The translations under genes and the position numbers were made by a program. This document shows, piece by piece, positions 10,562 through 21,420 of a stretch of 64,000 nt of DNA. The stretch is from Octopus vulgaris (Eukaryota). Numbering within the stretch: position 1 is the first letter of the stretch; every line of letters starts with the position of its first letter. The DNA lies in NCBI GenBank assembly GCA_951406725.2, contig OX597823.1, positions 61,752,001 to 61,816,000 on the forward strand. The letters run 5' to 3'. Under the pieces are notes generated by a model. That model was not told the DNA's origin. It was given only the letters and a program-made list of their open reading frames with translations, and did no database searches.

Positions 10562-12052
10562 GTGTACAGTGCTCAGGTGCACTACAACTCATCTAAAGTG
10601 TATATATAATCAGGTGTAGTTTCGGCGGATTTCGGAAAGCATGAGGGCCTTAAAGGATGCAGTGTCATGGCAGTCAACAACTGACGCAGGCAGTTTATTC
10701 CATGCTTCAGCAACTCTGAGTGTGAAAAAATGTTTCTGAAAGTCATGGGAGCTGTGCTGTTTTCTGACTTTGTAGGCATGTCCACGTGTGTTAGACACAT
10801 GGAGATCAAAAAGGTGTTCAGTGTTGTTGTTGGTGAGGTGGTTGATAACTTTGTAGGTGTTTACCAAGTCCGTCACCAGATGCCGGAGCTTCAGTGAATC
10901 CATGCCCAGGGAAACAAGGCGCTCAGAATATGGTAGGTGTCTGATGGAGGGTATGCGTTTGGTTGCACGTCTCTGGACAGATTCCAGGAGGTCAATGTTC
11001 TGAGCAAGATAGGGGTTCCAAACTGATGATGCGAATTCCAAGTGTGGTCGTACCATAGCTGTATACAGTTTTAAATAGATGGCTGGAGAGCGGCTAACAA
11101 AAGTCTTGCTGAGTGATGCCAAGACACCCTCGGCCTTCTTGACAATTTTAGAGATATGCTTTGTCCAACGCAAATCACTGCTGACAGTGATGCCTAGGTC
11201 ACGCTCGCAAGAGGATTTCTTGATATCAGTGTTGTGGAGGGAGTATGTGGACGCAGGGTTTTTTCTCCCAAAATGCATGGTGGTACACTTGTCCACAGCC
11301 AGTTTCAGTTGCCAGTCTGTGATCCATTGCTGCATTGTGTCTAGGTCTGATTGCAGGAAAGAGTTGTAGACATCAGGATCTGTCCTCTTGATTTCAAGGT
11401 ACAGCTTGATGTCGTCTGCATATTTCAATACTATGGCATTCTTTAAATTGGCATCTATGTCATTAATGTATGCCACAAACAAGAGGGGACCAAGGACAGA
11501 TCCCTGTGGTACACCCGATGACATCTCATATGGTGTAGAATGCTGTCCTAGAACTGTGACTACCTCCTTACGGCTGAGAATGAAGGATTTCAACCAGTTA
11601 AAAAGGTCATCCCTCACACCCATTGCAGAGAGTTTCACCATAAACCTTTTGTGTGGCACAGAGTTGAAAGCCTTAGCAAAGTCAAGGTAGACAACATCCA
11701 CCCATGAGCCACTGTCAGTGATCTGAGTAATGTCCTCAAGGAACTCGACAAGCTTATCACTGCAGCTGGAGTTAGGGACAAATACATATTGTGAGGGTCG
11801 GATGAGACTGTGAGAGCTCCAGAAGTTCCAGAGTGTTTCTCTGACACACGATTCCATCAGTTTTGCAATACAGCTAGTGAGACTGACTGGGCGATAGTTG
11901 ACAGGTGATGTGCAGTCGCCCTTTTTGAACAGAGGAATGACACTGGCAGTTTTCCACTGCTCCGGAGTAGCACCATTTTTTAGACAGTACTGGAAGAAAA
12001 TAGAAAGCTGGTGTATACAAGTGTAGAAACTAGAAAGCTGGTGCATACAAGT
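10531..12052 (-). mobile_element. 5'-truncated CR1/L2-group LINE with (TAT)n tail
   Basis: RT ORF, short 3' UTR with stem-loop AGTGC-acctga-GCACT, then (TAT)n. It interrupts an RTE-tail repeat (…GGAAGGGCAT | GTAGAAACTCTGCCAG…). Confidence 0.93.
10610..12010 (-). CDS. Non-LTR retrotransposon reverse transcriptase (ORF2 C-terminal half, no endonuclease)
   Basis: WKTASVIPLFKKGD..NYRPVSLTS, DVVYLDFAKAFNSVPH, GVPQGSVLGPLLF, KYADD, ERDLG, VRPHLEFASSVWNP, LESVQRRATK, TRGH, FF..RV...WNKLP. Uninterrupted for about 465 codons; the first ~30 residues of the listed ORF come from flanking DNA. Confidence 0.93.
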   Translation of the reverse strand, partial: QLSIFFQYCLKNGATPEQWKTASVIPLFKKGDCTSPVNYRPVSLTSCIAKLMESCVRETLWNFWSSHSLIRPSQYVFVPNSSCSDKLVEFLEDITQITDSGSWVDVVYLDFAKAFNSVPHKRFMVKLSAMGVRDDLFNWLKSFILSRKEVVTVLGQHSTPYEMSSGVPQGSVLGPLLFVAYINDIDANLKNAIVLKYADDIKLYLEIKRTDPDVYNSFLQSDLDTMQQWITDWQLKLAVDKCTTMHFGRKNPASTYSLHNTDIKKSSCERDLGITVSSDLRWTKHISKIVKKAEGVLASLSKTFVSRSPAIYLKLYTAMVRPHLEFASSVWNPYLAQNIDLLESVQRRATKRIPSIRHLPYSERLVSLGMDSLKLRHLVTDLVNTYKVINHLTNNNTEHLFDLHVSNTRGHAYKVRKQHSSHDFQKHFFTLRVAEAWNKLPASVVDCHDTASFKALMLSEIRRNYT

Positions 12053-12171
12053 GTAGAAACTCTGCCAGATCAGATTGGAGCCTGATGCAGCCATCTGGTT
12101 CACCAGTTGTCAGTCAAATCGTTCAACCCATGCTAGCATGGAAAGTGGACGTTAAACAATGATGATGATGA

Positions 12172-12207
<36 letters not shown>

Positions 12208-13297
12208 GTAATGGTAACCTATTTGGCTGCTATATATATATATATTTAAAGTATAATAGGGAAAGGAAAAATAGAAGTTTAGATAGACATTACTTTATTC
12301 CAAGTTAATACATATATCCCAAAAAAAAATATATATATACAAGTTGTTTCCAAGCCTAATTAATTCAGAACAAAATGAAATATAATCCTTTTGAAATCAT
12401 AAATTAGGCTTTCTATCAGGAATTCAATATTGGAATGAATGGGTTCTACCAACAAAGATATAAAGACCTACACAATAGCCCAGAAGAGAGCAAGCAATTA
12501 AATTATGATAGAAAGAAATTAACCGAACGCCAGAGCGATCAATAGAAGAAAAAATATATAAATCCGCTTATAAATTCAAGTGACAATTCTCAATATATAA
12601 ATACTTGTTAACGACATTTACGATTACTGTCTATACAAAACAAAAAAGAAAATAAGCAATCAACCTACAGATATGTTAATGAAAAAAAATCAACTATTAC
12701 CTACTAAGAATTATAGAGATAACTAATTAAAAAATTAAAAATCAATATATAATCCACCAGAACATAATCAATACAATAATTCAAAGTTGATGATATGATT
12801 TCAAACAATTTATATATTCTTTGCTTTGGATTGAACCAGCAGACTTGGATATTTAACATCCCTTTGAAGGAGTTAGGTCCTGTGCTGGTGGCATGTAAAA
12901 TGCACCATCCGAATATGGTCAATACTAGTGCCCCCTCACTGGCTCCCATGCCAGTGGCACATAAAAAGCACCACCCAAACGTGATTGATGCCAGGGCTGC
13001 CTGACTGGCTCCTGTGCCGGTGGTACATAAAGGTCACCCACTACATTATCGGAGTGGTTGGCATTAGGAAGGGCATCCAGCTGTAGAAACATTGCCAGAT
13101 CAGATTGGGGCCTGGCACAGTCACTGGCTTTCCAGACCTCAGTCAAACCGTCCAACTCATTCCAGCATGGAAAATGGACGTTAAATGATGATGATGATGA
13201 TATATATACTATTCTTTGTTTTTCTAATTTAGAGTAAATTTTGACTGGTCACCTACTTGGTAGTAAGGTTGTGAAGGAAAGTATCTTGTTTTAATCA

Positions 13298-13516
13298 TCA
13301 TCCTTTGAATCTTAAGGAAGTATTGCTGATTTTTATAGTCCTTGATATCATGATCATTTGTAGCATATGAACTAAGGATTTGGATTCTCTCCCCAAGATC
13401 CCAAGTTTAGCTTTACTTTGCTCCAGACAGGTTGGTATGGTTCCTGTTGCTCCAATAATGATAAGTATGAAGCTGAAAGAGTATCTTGGGTGCTGGATTT
13501 GCAAACTCTTTAACAA
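13298..13516 (-). pseudogene. C-terminal fragment of a restriction-like-endonuclease non-LTR retrotransposon (R4/NeSL/HERO-like)
   Basis: YSFSFILIIIGATGTIPTCL...KLG...LQ...TIKI resembles the PxxxGAxG..P..L..LG...LQ tail after the PD-(D/E)xK domain of early-branching LINEs. Confidence 0.55.
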
Positions 13517-14274
13517 TGGTCCAGAGGGCAGCTAGTTTCTACATATGCTTGTGGGGGAGTGTTTGTGTGTGTGTGTGTGTGCGTGCATGCATGTATGTGT
13601 GGATGATGACAGCCATGTAAAGAAGTGCTGCTCACTAAATGTGGTCAGAGCTTGTGGCAGTGGGAGACCCAGGAAGACATGGCATTAAGAGGTGACAGCT
13701 GACCTCTGGACCCTAAGCCCTACAGTGAAGATTGACAAAGGACCAGAATACCTATTGATACTCAGTTCTCAAGAAAGCTTGCCCACCTCGTCAAAACCAA
13801 GTTCCAGAAGCACTGTTTATGTGTATATATGTACAAATAGGTACTTCATCCAATCTCTTCTTCATATCACCCATCTTACCCTTCTTTTCTCTCACTACAG
13901 CTCTCCCTTCATATCACTTTATTTTTCTTGCCACCAATAACGTGTGTTACATATGTGCTGTGTTTAAAAGCCCAATATATATACTGGAGAGACAAAAATC
14001 CTCCCAGCAGTGGCTCAAAAGAATGCCGAATGCATTTCAGCCTCATTAGTCTTTTGTTAATGGTATATAAGGAAAAATATTTGCTACATTTTCGTAGATA
14101 GGATTGAATTTTTTTTTTTTTTAAATAAACAGGTGGCAAAAATTGGAGTAATCACCACTCAGTAAATGATATTTGATATTCATTCAATACACACACACGC
14201 ATGCACACACACACACACACACACACATACACACACACACACACGCACACGCACACACATAAATATATACATAC

Positions 14275-14347
<73 letters not shown>

Positions 14348-14457
14348 TATAATATAAATAATATATATATGTATATAATAGAAATATGTTACAAAAAGAA
14401 AATAGAAACTACACGTGTAAAATATATATATATGTATATATATATATATGTATATAT

Positions 14458-14496
<39 letters not shown>

Positions 14497-14557
14497 CATA
14501 TATACATATAGTAGAAACAATTGATATGGAAGATAGAGTACACTTAAAACTTTATTT

Positions 14558-14663
14558 ATCATAACGATCGTTTCGGCACATCCTGCACCACTCTCTCATG
14601 GGCGGGAAACCATACAATGAATTCCAATGCACCTTGCAGTGCAGAAGCATCTCTTCAGGTAAT
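14558..14663 (-). ncRNA. Type-I hammerhead-like motif with long stem II insert
   Basis: Minus: ATTAC CTGAAGA gatgcTTCTGCAC...GTGCAGGAtgtgcc GAAA CGATCG TT ATGAT aaataaag; palindromic stem III ACGATCGT. Confidence 0.6.
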
Positions 14664-14756
14664 ATAATTTGGTTGGTTTGCCAGCATACTGCTAGTGACA
14701 TACCCCAAATGTAGTTTAAATTTTAAATTCCTATCTAAACGTTATATATATATATA

Positions 14757-14950
14757 TAAAGTTAATCCAAACAAGAAAGCACAAAAAAAAAAAACACAAC
14801 GCGAGGACGTGGAACAAATATAGTATTATTGGACATTCAGGAAAGAAGGAAAGAAGGAGAGTTTAACGTTTCGAGCGGAGCTCTTCATCGGAAACATAGG
14901 AGAAGGAAAGATCCAGAGAAGGGAAGACAGAGGAAAAAAAATCGCCACAT
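14757..14950 (-). mobile_element. Short non-coding hammerhead-carrying element, family H1, copy 1
   Basis: About 190 bp, homologous to 23857-24050 and 30395-30545. Core at 14861-14895: GTTT CCGATGA A GAGC tcc GCTC GAAA CG TT AAAC. Confidence 0.75.
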
Positions 14951-14955
14951 TACAT

Positions 14956-14986
<31 letters not shown>

Positions 14987-15090
14987 TGATAGAAATAATA
15001 AGACAACAAAAGAACAAAAGAGACCTCAATATTATGTAAATAGAGGAATTTATCTGTAAATATAATATGTGACAATTATTCGGTAGCGAT

Positions 15091-15151
15091 GATAAAACTC
15101 CGAGTTTCGGATGTCAGGGCAGAAACCCACGCTATCATCTCTTCAGTTATC
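15091..15151 (-). ncRNA. Type-I hammerhead ribozyme (family H3 element, about 14985-15170)
   Basis: Minus: GATAA CTGAAGA GATG...CATC C GAAA CTC G GAG TT TTATC; perfect 5-bp stem I GATAA/TTATC and intact core. Confidence 0.75.
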
Positions 15152-15324
15152 CAGCCATCGAAAAAATGCTATATATATACATCATCATCATCATCATCAC
15201 TTAAGATACACTTCCCATGCAGGCATGGGTGGGATGGTTTGACAAGAGCTGACCAGGCGGAAGCCTGCGCCAGACTTCTGCAATGTTGTAGCAGAATTTT
15301 TATAGCTGAATGCCCTTCCTAACA

Positions 15325-15885
15325 CCAACCACTCAGCAGAGTCAACTTCATGCTTTTATGTGGCGCAAGCACAGACGAGGACAGTTTTGGCAAGGTTTTT
15401 ACAGCTGGATGCCCTTCCAAATGCCAACCACTTTACCAAGTGGACTGGGTGCTTTTAAGTGGCACCTGCACTGACAGGGTAACCAAGTAACTTGCAATAC
15501 AACAAAAATCTCTTTTGAGAAGGGCGGATGATGAAAGGTTTTAGTGAGGTAGAGAGCCAGAAACAGGTGTCTTGCTGTAGGGGAGGTACAAGGTTACCTG
15601 GCCAGAGAGAGAGAGAGAGGGAGAGAGATCAGGAATGAAGACAGAAACAGGTACACTGCCACAAAGGAAATACATGGTTACCCAACCTGAAGGAAGTGCA
15701 GGAGAAGGATAGAGAGAGAGTGGCAGAGAGCAAGATAGAAATGGTGGCAAAGTGCCAGCCATACTCAGAAGGGATGGGGATTACAATATAAATGGGATGA
15801 TTGAGAAAAGGAAGAGAGAAATATAGATGGTGGAAAGTGCCAGGGAATACTCTTGAGGTTTGAATATCATAATATAATTTCAATG
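15325..15885 (+). mobile_element. Interspersed repeat (unclassified, RTE-tail associated)
   Basis: Homologous in reverse orientation to 58990-59600 (e.g. GAAATACATGG.TACCCAAC.TGA, GATAGA.ATGGTGGCAAAGTGC). Confidence 0.65.
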
Positions 15886-16184
15886 TTTTGTGACATTGTC
15901 ACAAGGCCACATGTTATGAGGGAAAAGTGTAGGGGATTAAATCTGAGCTACCACCTGACTTTATTCAATCTGGAAGGATGAAAGGCAAAAACTAACTCCA
16001 ATGGTATTTAAAATCAGAAGGTAAAATTTACTAATGCAACACCAAATATCTCATTCAAAAGAACCAAATTGTCCTCCAGTTTATCATATACTCATTCCTA
16101 ATATTGGCATCAATGTATTACAAATGAAAGTTTATACTGAAATTTGCCCAAGATAGCAACTACAATTGCTTAAGGATGGCTATG

Positions 16185-16410
16185 ATTTGCATGGTATTTC
16201 TGGAGAAATATGCAGGAAGTTATACACAAGCTACTATTGTAGGAACCAGTTCACAGGTCACACAGCAGAGGAAGACCTGCTCAGACATTCATTGATCAAC
16301 TCTCAGATGATGCAATTCTCAGTAAGGAGCAGTTGCCAGGAATAATGGAAAATCATGAATTGTGGAGAGACTTTGCCAGGAATGTTTGACTGTAGTTGCA
16401 ATGATGAGGA
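16185..16410 (+). pseudogene. Decayed RTE-type LINE C-terminus
   Basis: Translates to QEVIHKLLL*EP...SRGRPAQTFIDQL; a similar relic lies at 38300-38560 (LHFAGHC..KQEPASDLLLW). Confidence 0.6.
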
Positions 16411-17126
16411 TGAAAATGGGCACAGAACCATAGATTTGGAAGGTGTATAGAGCTAAAAAGATGACAAATTGGAAAAATTGTTAGAGCATCTGACAAAATG
16501 ACTCTTTACATTCTGAGTTCAAATCCCACCAAAGGCAACTTTGCCTTCCAAGGTCAATGTAATAATGCACCAGTCCAATTGGTAGAATATTTAAAGCATT
16601 GGATAACATTTTTGCAATATTTGTTCCAGCTATTTACATTCTGAGTACCCTGGCAGAGGAAGTGATCGAAGAGGCCTTGTCTGTCTCAACTTGATAAAAC
16701 AAGAAACCTTTGTATTTGTGCCATGAAATTTTTAAGGCAAGTATATAGTTTATGTGTTAAATAATCACCAAGGGTCATTTGTCATGGATAGAATATGATC
16801 AATCATATCACTCATTATTTAACTGGTACTTATTTCATCAATGAAAGACAAAGCTGGTCTCAGTGAAATTCAAGCTCATAATCTTTTATCTTTCACTTTC
16901 TTCATTTTTTGAACTGCACCCATGCTGGGTCACAACCTTGGAGGGTTTAGCTGAACAATTCAACCCCAGTGCTTATTTATCTTTCAAGTCCTAATTTTTA
17001 TTTATTCTGTTAGTCACTTTTGCTGAAATGCTAAATTACAGGGACCTAAACAAACAACATCAGTTGTCAAGTGATTGTGGTGATGGTAGCAGTGAGAACA
17101 AACAAAAGCACACACACACATGTGCA

Positions 17127-17160
<34 letters not shown>

Positions 17161-17177
17161 AATATATATATATATAT

Positions 17178-17982
17178 AAATGAAGCCAATATGCTCCACT
17201 GGATGTGTAATGTTAGTGTGCATACACAACAGAGTGTAAGCACCCTGAGAGAAAAGTTGGACATAAGAAGCATCAGATGTGGTGTGCTAGAGAGACAACT
17301 GTGCTGGTATGGTCATGTGTTACATATGGATGAGGACAGCTGTGTGAGGTGTCACTCCCTAACTGTAGAAAGAACCTATGGAAGAGGTAGACCCAGGAAG
17401 ACATGGGATGAAGTGGTGAAGCATGACCTTCAAACACTGGGCTTCACAGAGACAATGACAGGAGACTGAGACCTTTGGAGATATGCTGTGATTGAGAAGA
17501 TCTGGCAACTAAAGTTAGATTGCAGCCATGGCCGATGCCAGTGTTGCATGTTTGGCCCATTTAAGAGTACCCTGATGTGTCAGGCGAAATGATATGCTTG
17601 AGAAGACCTGTTGAGTCAAGTAAAACCAAAATCGTAGCTGTGGCCAGTGCCCTGTGACTTCCTTCCTCTCCAGTGGCATGTAAAATGCATCATCTGAACG
17701 TGGTCGCTGTCAGTTTCCCTTGACTGGCTCCTGTACCAGTGACACATGAAAAGCACTATCCAAACGTGATTGATGCCAGGACTGCCTGACTGGTTCCTGT
17801 GCCAGCGACACGTGAAAAGCACCCACTACACTCTTGGAGTGGTTAGCATTAGGAAGGGCATCCAGCTGTAGAAACATTGCCAGATCAGATTGGAGCCTGG
17901 TGCAGCTGCTGGCTCTCCAGACCTTAGTCAAACCATCCAACCATGGAAAACGGATGTTAAGCGATGATGATGATGATGATGT
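17178..17982 (+). mobile_element. RTE-clade LINE 3' fragment with modular 3' UTR and (GAT)n tail
   Basis: EANMLHWMCNV...LREKLDIRSI...RQLCWYGHVLHMDEDSCV...GRGRPRKTWDEVVKHDL is the typical RTE ORF C-terminus; a repeated GTGCC.GTGGCAC.TAAAAGCAC module follows. Confidence 0.85.
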
Positions 17983-18133
17983 TTCAGACGCATTTTTTAT
18001 TGATGAATAGTTTAATTACAACTGCATAATGAAAAACCGTTTCCCTCATATGATCAAAATTTAGTAAGGAGAATAGATTACTAGATGAAGAATGACCCAC
18101 TTTGTTAACCATCTTCAAAGGAGGGAGTAGTCA

Positions 18134-18185
<52 letters not shown>

Positions 18186-18339
18186 ATGTATGTATGTATA
18201 TGTGCATGTAAATTTAAACAGACAGACAATCGGGCAGGCAGACAGGCAGACAGACAAACAGGCAGACAGGCAGGCAGGCAGGCAAGCAGACAGACAGACA
18301 GGCAGACAGGCAGACAGGCAGATAGGCAGACAGACAGAC

Positions 18340-18399
<60 letters not shown>

Positions 18400-19333
18400 G
18401 GATAGATAGATAGATATGGTGGGCTTCCACTCAGCCTCTATCCACCAAATTCAATCACAAGGCATTTATCAGCCTGGGGTCTATAATAGATGACCTGTGC
18501 TCAAGGCGGCACACAGTGGGACTGAAGCTAAAAAATATGTGCTTGAAAAGAGAACTTCTAAACAACATAGCCAAGCCTGCTCCTAATGTTAAAAACGGGG
18601 GGAAAAAACAAAGTAACAAAATGTCACAAGGCATTTTTTATCCAACATTGTCTATTCTGGAGTTTAATATTTATTGTTTTCTAACATTGGAACATATAAC
18701 CCTATTTGTTTTCTTTGTTATTTATTTTGGTGCAAAAGGAGCGGTATGATTGATTTATTGCCCTCAGAATTCCCCAACATATTTTATCGATCCCAGGAAG
18801 ATTAAAGACAAAGATATCCCCATTGGAATTTGAAATCAGAAAGGAAAGAATCATAACTAATTGCTTCAAGACATTTTCTCTGACATTCGATCGATTCTAC
18901 CAAACCATCACTCAGGAGATTAATTAATTAATTAGACATATATCACACCAAATATCTCATATGAAATATACATTATATGATCTATATTTAGTTTACTGAT
19001 TAAAATAGCTTAACAGCATGAAGCAACAGGATTTATTAAAATGTGTAATTAGCTAATTAGTAGATGTTTAAATTAGGTAACACCTAGCAAACAAAATAAG
19101 CAAAACAAGAGAACGTCATCAGAAAATATGTGTAATTATTTTTTGATATAAATAAAAAAAAAAAAATATATTGAACTTACGCTATAAATAGTTATTAGTT
19201 TCAAGATACAGAAATGCTTAAAGATTTATAGTCTACATGCATATACACACGTATATATATTTATATACAAATGCATGTGTGTATGAGTGTATATGTGTGT
19301 ATGTGTGTGTGTGTGTGTGTGTGTGCATACATA

Positions 19334-19364
<31 letters not shown>

Positions 19365-19390
19365 GTATATATATATATATATTTATGTCA

Positions 19391-20012
19391 GGTCACTTTC
19401 GAGTGCTACAGGTAACATGTAACCCAGTACAACCTGTTGCATGGTCGGGTCGTCGGCGACTAAACCAGCAACCCCACCAAGCTTGCTTGGTGAGGAGGGT
19501 GTTTATTGGACACCCTGCAGGATGAAAAACAAAACCCATCAAAGGGCGGAGGAACTCTTGAGAGTCAATGGGCATCCAATAAATGTCTTAGAGCTGTATC
19601 ATGTGAGGACCTAGAAATACCTGGTATGGTGCCCAGGCACGCAGAAAGCCTACCAGGGTGGATCAGACCCTTTAGTGTTGATTCTCACCACTGATCTAGG
19701 AGACGGAACACTCCTACAAGAAAATCCTGCGATCGTTTTATCATCTGATGTGTGGCACACCGTGCACCTGTACAGACCATGTTAATTCGATGGAGAGAGT
19801 GTGCTTTGCTTAGCACAAGCAATGACCACTTTAAACAAGTCAAAGTGCCAGTTGTTCAGTAAACCATTTTCACTCAATAACACCTGAGGTTTGGAGCATC
19901 GATGCGTGCTTTTTTTTTTATTGAAGATACACATGTGGTGTCACAGGGCTTGGGAGTTGTTGAAGGATATTTGCTGAACCCTCATTCATCGTCTTCGATG
20001 AGAGAATCCACC

Positions 20013-20072
<60 letters not shown>

Positions 20073-20300
20073 ATACACCTTTGAGCAGACAGACTTAGAG
20101 AGAACAAAATTGTATAAGAGAGTTTGTTTCAACCAGCATTAACATGGTAAGGGGTGCAGACATGACTATACTAATCACATGAACTACTTGGTAAGAAGGG
20201 TGGTTTTTGTTACCCTGCACAGCATAAAACAAAACCTGTCAAAGAGCAGAGGAACTCAATAGAGTCAACAGCCATCCAGCACCTGGGAGTATTAAACTCC
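19391..20300 (+). mobile_element. Two related GC-richer interspersed repeat segments (possibly LINE 5' UTR-derived)
   Basis: 19480-19580 and 20180-20280 share CTTGGT.AG.AGGGTG...ACCCTGCA....A.AAAACAAAACC..TCAAAG.GC.GAGGAACTC...AGAGTCAA. No ORF recognised. Confidence 0.45.
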
Positions 20301-20589
20301 TGATCATTGGGAGAGAAGGACCCCTACATCTCATTAGAACTCAATAGAGAGAGCCTGGCCATGGGTAGGAATGTGTTTTCTTTAACCCAAAGAAAAAATC
20401 GTTCTTGGTTGTCAGAAACATCTAGTTTGTACAAGTCCAGGGTATCATCAACAAGAACCATGACAATTGAATGGGGGCCATGTGTTGTAGTCAACAGTTT
20501 GATGTGTGGTGCATGAAGGCATCTGGTACAAATTCTGTTATGAGAAGGGAGAAGTTAATGCCCAGTAAGACTTGCAAGAACTGTATGAT

Positions 20590-21420
20590 CTAGTTGAATT
20601 ACTTGCAGAAAAACTCAAGCACCTTCAAGAACCCAACATGCTCTGATTCTTATGTCCAAAATCGAAAAGTGAATAGGAGGAATGATAGATGGCTCTGTGT
20701 CAGTCCCACTGAAGTCTCCACCATTATGCATGCCAAGTTCTCATGGTCTTGTGGGGTCATAAGCAATGACAGTTATGTCATGCCTCCTCATTTTCCCACA
20801 AGGTCTGAGGATCAAAGAGGGGGTCTATGTGAAGACAATGGAGAAAGTTATCAAGCCCCGGATCAAGAGAGTTGCTCAGGGGAGACCGTACATGCTCCAG
20901 CAAGACTATGCTCCCTCTCACACAGCCTACATGACCCAGTTATGTCATGCCTCCCCATTTTCCCACAAGGTCTTAGGGTTAAAGAATGAGCCTGTGTGAA
21001 GACAATGGAGAGGGTTGTTGAGCCCTGGATTGAAAGAGTTGCTCAGGGAAGATTGTATATGCTCCAGCAAGACTATGTTCCCTCTCACACAGCCTACATG
21101 ACCCAGGAGTGGGCGTTCAAAAGTGTTCATAATCATGTTACCCCTAACATTTGGCCTCCTAGCTCACCTGATTTAAAATCCCAGGACTACATCGTCTGGG
21201 ACATTGTTGTGAAAGAAACCAACAAGTATGCTCACAATACCTCCGACTCGTTGCTATCCCCTATTTGGAATGTTATAGCTAACATGAATAAAGATTTTCT
21301 GACCAATGCATTTAGCCATTTTAGAAGCAGTCTTGAGACAGTACTCAAGGCTGATGGCAGCTTTATTGAACTATTTACTGCTACGTTTATTGTGAGAATA
21401 TGAGTACCAAATTCTTTAAA
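20590..21420 (+). mobile_element. Tc1/mariner DD37D (maT) transposase relic
   Basis: QNRKVNRRNDRWL, MPPHF, LQQDYVPSHTA...WPPSSPDLKSQDYIVW; 37 residues counted between the 2nd and 3rd catalytic D. Frameshifted. Confidence 0.85.

Noticed and set aside
11079-11690. Plus-strand ORFs of 96 and 100 aa
   Set aside because: Antisense shadows of the LINE RT frame.
12250-12850. AT-rich non-microsatellite segment that might be a transposon or PLE relic
   Set aside because: No recognisable protein motif, termini or ribozyme core.
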